Source: Pyrodictiaceae archaeon (lineage in GTDB: Archaea; Thermoproteota; Thermoprotei_A; Sulfolobales; Pyrodictiaceae). Taken from it: a DNA stretch of 64,000 nucleotides. The notes under the pieces are model-generated. The model made no database searches and was not told where the DNA came from. It was given only the letters and a program-made list of their open reading frames with translations. The stretch spans positions 932,880 through 996,879 of the forward strand of contig JALVSY010000007.1 of the NCBI GenBank assembly GCA_027036135.1, read 5' to 3'. The first letter of the stretch is position 1; the number at the start of each line of letters is the position of its first letter. Shown here one piece after another: positions 59,216 through 64,000 of this stretch. The position numbers were made by a program, and so were the translations under genes.

Positions 59216-59836
59216 TTACGCGCATCCGCTTAAGAGGAGCCACTTTTCGGCTTCCTTGGCAGCGGTTAGTGCTAGTCTATGTACTTCCTCGTCCCATGTG
59301 GCGTGAAGAATGCATTGAATCGAGCCTGTTACGGTATTGAAGAGCTCTACTAGTTTGTTACAAGGTATAGGCCTAGTTGATGTAGCCCAGAATTTTATCC
59401 TAGAGAGGGCTATTAGGAGTTCTATGCTGCATCCATATTCTCTGCTATAGGGTTTTGGTTCACCTTTAATGTATCTCGCTAGTGGAGTTAGTGCTAGTCT
59501 TAGCTTGTTTCCTTTTTTTGCCCTAGCTGTTATTACGGCCTCAACTACTATCCCGTCATACCTGGGGCATGGTGTTGAGATGTTTTGTGCTCTCCGTGTC
59601 TCGATCTTTTTGCCTATGTTGAGCGAGTAGTAGAAAGGTTTCACATCGAAGGGAAAGAGTATACAGGCTTCATAGGCCTCGGGGGCTTTCTGGCTAAGAC
59701 GAGTACCCGGATATACATTTGCATATAAAATTTCATTATTTATATATATGCCTAAGGGTGTTACAAGTATGGACGAATCAGAGAGTCTTAGAACAGTAAC
59801 TGATTCATTAAACCTTCTCGGAGCTGGACAGGGCAC
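59216..59836 (-). CDS. DUF447-family protein
   Basis: ESVTV..TPLGI..YPGTRL..PYSREYG..IELLIALSR; SD GAGGGT before GTG. Confidence 0.7.
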   Translation of the reverse strand: MPCPAPRRFNESVTVLRLSDSSILVTPLGIYINNEILYANVYPGTRLSQKAPEAYEACILFPFDVKPFYYSLNIGKKIETRRAQNISTPCPRYDGIVVEAVITARAKKGNKLRLALTPLARYIKGEPKPYSREYGCSIELLIALSRIKFWATSTRPIPCNKLVELFNTVTGSIQCILHATWDEEVHRLALTAAKEAEKWLLLSGCA

Positions 59837-60569
59837 AGTAAACCCTCTTTCCCCGCTCTATTGGTGTGAGGTTTACGATGCTATAAGAGGACTTTTGAAA
59901 TTTAGTAGGAGAGATGATTGCTTTGCCGCAAGTGTTGCTGAGTACCTCGCATATAGAGCGCGCCTGGAGGGAAGCTTGCTCTCCTTAGACCAGGTATGTG
60001 CCAGTATCAAGTCCCGTGATGTCTGCATAGCTGGTGGTTCATCAAGTCTAGCCCTATTCTTAGACGAGCTAGCTAGCTGTGATGCCGTGATAAGTGTTGA
60101 TGGTGCAACAAGTATTCTATCTAGGCACGGTATTTTGCCAAGGATTATTGTGAGCGACCTCGATGGGGCATGGAGTTGGTTGATCAATGCTGCTGCCCAG
60201 GGCTCCATCCTCGCGATACATGTACATGGCGATAATTATCCCTATGCTATCCAGTTCTTAATGAGTAACCCTTTGCCCAGGATTATAGTTTCTCATCAAT
60301 GCCCAGGGCATGGCAATTACTCCGTATTTATACCCGGCTTTACTGATGGCGAAAGAGCGCTTGGTCTCGCTCTTTTGTGCTCGCCTCGCAGCATTACCTT
60401 GTATGGTATGAGAACATGGGAGAAGGTAGGCCACTGGTCTAAGCCTTGGTTAAGAATCGACACTAAGCCTTGGCCGTTGAAGGCGCGTAAGCTTAGAATA
60501 GCCGAGTTCATTATAGAGCTATTCATGGTATATGGGTTAAAACAAGGGACAAGGATTAGGAGAAGATGA
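59769..60569 (+). CDS. mptE: 6-hydroxymethylpterin diphosphokinase MptE-like (DUF115)
   Basis: SVDGAT, IVSDLDG, HVHGDN, GFTDGERA, KARKL.IA. Confidence 0.85.
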   Translation: MDESESLRTVTDSLNLLGAGQGTVNPLSPLYWCEVYDAIRGLLKFSRRDDCFAASVAEYLAYRARLEGSLLSLDQVCASIKSRDVCIAGGSSSLALFLDELASCDAVISVDGATSILSRHGILPRIIVSDLDGAWSWLINAAAQGSILAIHVHGDNYPYAIQFLMSNPLPRIIVSHQCPGHGNYSVFIPGFTDGERALGLALLCSPRSITLYGMRTWEKVGHWSKPWLRIDTKPWPLKARKLRIAEFIIELFMVYGLKQGTRIRRR

Positions 60570-60579
60570 GGAAGGAATA

Positions 60580-63174
60580 TTATGCTGACGGCTCTTGTGA
60601 TGAATCGGTTCTCAACCGATCACTGCTGCCTCTAAGCTGTAGCGGTCTTACAAAGTATATTCCGCCCCTTAGCATCAACTCGTCCTTGCTAATGCCAACG
60701 GGCGACTCGGAATCCCTCCCATAATAATGCTTAAGAACCTTTCTTGCAATATCCTTTATTGTAACCATTACTGTGTATGGTCTTGTTCTGAGCTCGGATG
60801 CTACTTCCTCCCATGATTTTGCCTGCATCACCTTAGCTATGGACACGTATTCTTCTCGCTTAGTTAACGATAACCCCTTAGTTTTAGGATACGTGAGCCA
60901 ATATGCCTTCACGATTTCGTGGATTATGTCAGCAGCTGCCTCGTAGGTCATAGGGCCATAAGCATATATCCATAGTCTATCGAGCTGTATAGGTGTTAAC
61001 GCTGGATAATAGTTCTCAAGCACTGGTCTTCCCGTCTTTAGTATATGTATTGCGACATCGGTTTCTAGTCCTCGGTACGGGTCATGTAAGCTCTCGAGTA
61101 CTTTTCTCTTAAACTCGCGGTTAGCTATATCAACTATGTCCTTGAACCAGTCCTTGAGTGGCTTGATTACCAGTATTGTGTATTCGCCACTAACGGGGTT
61201 TCTATCAGGAGACATATGTATTGGTAGGAAGTCGTTCTTAGTCCAGAAGCGTAGAAGTTGTTCATTTACACCAAACCCGCTTCCTATCCAGTCCATGTCT
61301 TTCTCAGCAGCTTCCTCGGCTGCCTCTCTAAGCGCGAAGGAGCCTATGCCCCTACCCTGTACCTCGGGGTGCGTTGCTATTCTGACAATTCTCCAGCCTT
61401 TTGCCTTCCCGAATTCTCTTATCCTTATGTGCTTCAGAGCCCTATCAGGTATGATGTTTCCTGGGGTCTTGCCACCTCTCAGTAGTTCCTCTATTAGGTC
61501 ATCGTCTAGTCCTCCCTCCTGTGCTATTTGTAGGGCACATACTATTTTTCCTGAAGGGATCTTAACCGCCCTTATTATATGATGGGGTGCGTCAGCCAGT
61601 ATTCCTAGGTCGTCGGGCTCGTTGCGGTAATGTGCTAGTACATATATTCCGAAGAGTTGTCTGAGCTCCTTCTCGCCGTCGGGGCTAAAGAGGTATTCAG
61701 GGTCGTATTTTACGTAGCTAAATTCTTTTCTCTCTATTGATTCTAGGTCCTCTTTTGTTAGCTCAGCAGGCTCTGCGTCTAGGAGGAGTGCGTCAAAGAG
61801 CCACTTCTCTATCGGGTCGTCTTCGGCGTATCGTATTGGTTCGTGCATTTCGGCTAGTACGAGCTCGGTGTTGGGGTCTTCGCGTAGAGCGGAGAGGAAG
61901 CGTACTGAGAAGCCTCTGCCTGCTCCTTCATAGCCATGGATTGTTGTCGCGAATACGAGTTTCCTATGTGATCTCCATATCTTATGTAGTAATGGTACAT
62001 GAATGCCTGCGGCCTCGTCTACTAGTACTATATCGGCTTTAAGCCTTGGTACGTGAATGGGTTCCCAGTACTCTATGCTAAATCTTGGGCCATGAATCTC
62101 TAGTATATTATCTCCTCTCTTGACAATTCTTGTATCAATGTCTAGTTTTTCTGCGGCTTTTCTGGCAAGCGTGAAGAATGACTGAACATTGAGAAGGCTT
62201 GGTGCGGTCACTATTATTCTTGTACGTGGTCCTCTTTTGAGCCTGAGCGCCATACCTATGGATGCTATTCCCAGGGCGCAGGATTTTCCTCTACCTCTAT
62301 CCGATGTTATTACTATTGCTAGTCTTTTCTTCTTAGGCTTCTCGAGGACTTTTTCCAGCAATTTTATTACATTGACCTGGTCTTGGGTTAATGCTAACTC
62401 ATATAGTTCTCTTGGGAAGAGAGTTTTCTCTGGTATCTCTATTGTTTTCTCTTCGTGGCGCTTTATTGGGTAATCGTCTGCTTTTATCACTTCGTCCTCG
62501 TCGGCGTCGTAGATATAGATGCCTTTATGCTCTATTAATTTCCTCTTAAACCATGATATGAATATGTGTCGTGGCTCGTGGAAGCCTGGGACAACGAGGT
62601 TCTGTTTAAATATTGTTAGCCATTTGTCCCACTTGATCCAAGGCGGAACGGTAAATACTATTAGGCCTCCACCTTCAACAATGCCGACAAGTCTACCAAC
62701 ATCGTTTGGTTTAAGATCGTTTGTCAAATCCATTACTAGTATCTTAAACGTTGTCCCGAGGAAGCGTTCGCTCTCTTCATATCTTGCAATAGTTGATGAT
62801 ATAAGAGATGAATTGGTCTTTATGGTTCGCTTTACGACTTCTTTCCGAATCCTGGCATCCTTGAATTCGTCGTGGAATATGTATAGCAGTGGTAGTTCTT
62901 CTTTTCCCTTTATGCGTTTATAGACTCGTTCGTAGAATAGAAGTGTACGAGCTACTAGGATGCCTACCTTGAAGGGATTTGAGCCACTGATTACTAATAG
63001 TCTCCTATGCCTAGAGACTATTGCTCTCTCTATACCTTTGCTAAGCTTTCTAAGCATTCGGTTAAACGATGAGGGAACATAGTCGCGGAGTCTTTCCGCT
63101 ATTTTCTTCGCAATATCTTCTATGTCCTTCTTAGAGAGTTCATCGATATCAATGCTGGTTATGTCTATGCCCAT
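60580..63174 (-). CDS. tmcA: tRNA/rRNA cytidine acetyltransferase (TmcA/Nat10)
   Basis: DRGRGKS, VDEAAG, TTIHGYEGAGRGF, AHYRNEPDDL, RIATHP..QGRGIG. Confidence 0.96.
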   Translation of the reverse strand: MGIDITSIDIDELSKKDIEDIAKKIAERLRDYVPSSFNRMLRKLSKGIERAIVSRHRRLLVISGSNPFKVGILVARTLLFYERVYKRIKGKEELPLLYIFHDEFKDARIRKEVVKRTIKTNSSLISSTIARYEESERFLGTTFKILVMDLTNDLKPNDVGRLVGIVEGGGLIVFTVPPWIKWDKWLTIFKQNLVVPGFHEPRHIFISWFKRKLIEHKGIYIYDADEDEVIKADDYPIKRHEEKTIEIPEKTLFPRELYELALTQDQVNVIKLLEKVLEKPKKKRLAIVITSDRGRGKSCALGIASIGMALRLKRGPRTRIIVTAPSLLNVQSFFTLARKAAEKLDIDTRIVKRGDNILEIHGPRFSIEYWEPIHVPRLKADIVLVDEAAGIHVPLLHKIWRSHRKLVFATTIHGYEGAGRGFSVRFLSALREDPNTELVLAEMHEPIRYAEDDPIEKWLFDALLLDAEPAELTKEDLESIERKEFSYVKYDPEYLFSPDGEKELRQLFGIYVLAHYRNEPDDLGILADAPHHIIRAVKIPSGKIVCALQIAQEGGLDDDLIEELLRGGKTPGNIIPDRALKHIRIREFGKAKGWRIVRIATHPEVQGRGIGSFALREAAEEAAEKDMDWIGSGFGVNEQLLRFWTKNDFLPIHMSPDRNPVSGEYTILVIKPLKDWFKDIVDIANREFKRKVLESLHDPYRGLETDVAIHILKTGRPVLENYYPALTPIQLDRLWIYAYGPMTYEAAADIIHEIVKAYWLTYPKTKGLSLTKREEYVSIAKVMQAKSWEEVASELRTRPYTVMVTIKDIARKVLKHYYGRDSESPVGISKDELMLRGGIYFVRPLQLRGSSDRLRTDSSQEPSA

Positions 63175-63313
63175 TTATAGGACACCTTCCAAGGACGTGT
63201 CCTCATAATTGTGATGCATGCTCGTTGCCTAGTACTTAGTCCTATTACGCTTTAGGAATGAGGTCTAACATAAGGCTTTGGTTGTTTAGTTAGGGTAATG
63301 ACAAAGTCTTTAT

Positions 63314-64000
63314 TCAAATCTGCTTTTGCTCAAAAATATTACTTAGTTTTTCTACTTTCTTTAGCCTATCGAGCTGAACGACGACTTGCTTCCTACTTTC
63401 TAAGTTCTTTATTGTTACTTTGTTTTCTTTGGCCTCTTTCTCACCTACTATTATGGCGTATCTTGTTCCTTTCTCGTATATTTTTTGCAAAGTCTTTGAT
63501 ATGCGAGATGAAGTTGTTATATCCGTTACTACGTGTTTGCTTGTCAAGAGTTGCTGAAGCTTTATAGCATAGGAAGTGTATTTCTCATCTATTAGAACTA
63601 TTGTGGCTTTTTCTCTCCTCTCTATCCCTAGGTTTATGCCTTTTTCCTTTAGTGCTGCTAATGTCCTATCTAGTCCTATTGCGAAGCCTACGCCAGGTAC
63701 GTGCTCGTCTCCATATATTTCTATTAGGTTATCGTATCTTCCTCCTCCTGCTATGCTGACAGGAAAGCCTGGAACTTTCACTTCAAATATTATACCTGTG
63801 TAGTAAGCGAGTCCTCGTGCGAACGATATGTCTGGTTCTAGTGCGAGATTGGGGTAAATATCGCGTATTATATTGGTTATTTCGATTAAGTATTCGGCTT
63901 GTTTCTCTGCCTCCTTGTTTATTGTGGATAGTATCTTTGCTGCTTCCTCTATTGTATTAGTAGTCCAGAGTTCTTGTAGCTTGTTTGCAAGTTCATTAAA
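63314..64000 (-). CDS. hisS: Histidine-tRNA ligase (5' partial)
   Basis: Frame open to the window end; FARGLAYYTGIIFE, GGGRYDNL, GFAIGLDR, IIVGEKE. Confidence 0.95.
   Translation of the reverse strand, partial: FNELANKLQELWTTNTIEEAAKILSTINKEAEKQAEYLIEITNIIRDIYPNLALEPDISFARGLAYYTGIIFEVKVPGFPVSIAGGGRYDNLIEIYGDEHVPGVGFAIGLDRTLAALKEKGINLGIERREKATIVLIDEKYTSYAIKLQQLLTSKHVVTDITTSSRISKTLQKIYEKGTRYAIIVGEKEAKENKVTIKNLESRKQVVVQLDRLKKVEKLSNIFEQKQI

Noticed and set aside
1-64000. CRISPR array or other cas genes accompanying cas4
   Set aside because: No regularly spaced 24-40 bp repeats and no cas1, cas2 or effector ORFs seen in the window
1-64000. Numerous antisense or nested ORFs in the track (e.g. 29993-30790, 29560-30153, 40216-40851, 1796-2281)
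   Set aside because: Ser/Leu-rich shadow frames opposite well-supported genes, with no motifs

Overview
Gene-dense chromosomal segment of a hyperthermophilic crenarchaeon. It carries reverse gyrase, thermosome, Alba, TBP, GatDE, GINS23-MCM and PolB3; a Desulfurococcales/Pyrodictiaceae-like origin is my inference. Most of it is core housekeeping: aminoacyl-tRNA synthetases (pheST, tyrS, hisS), a replication cluster (polB3, mcm, gins23, rfcS/L, cdc6), glycolysis (eno, gap, pgk), topoisomerases and nat10/tmcA. No rRNA, tRNA, CRISPR array or transposase was seen. Three things stand out. (1) A compact cassette divergent from an Lhr helicase encodes RHH and wHTH regulators, a CRISPR-independent Cas4, a PHP phosphoesterase and an orphan NurA nuclease; this is the best candidate for an undescribed DNA-processing or defence system. 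(2) The intergenic gaps hold about seven box C/D guide RNAs and several H/ACA-like or K-turn hairpins that the ORF track misses, several complementary to conserved rRNA segments. (3) A small accessory patch at 28.3-29.5 kb has a decayed ORF and an MNT-HEPN pair. Smaller items are an unlisted S30e gene, a RimI gene lacking a canonical start, and an SD-sequestering hairpin before nat10. All family calls come from motif recognition and all rRNA targets from remembered consensus sequence, not from database searches.
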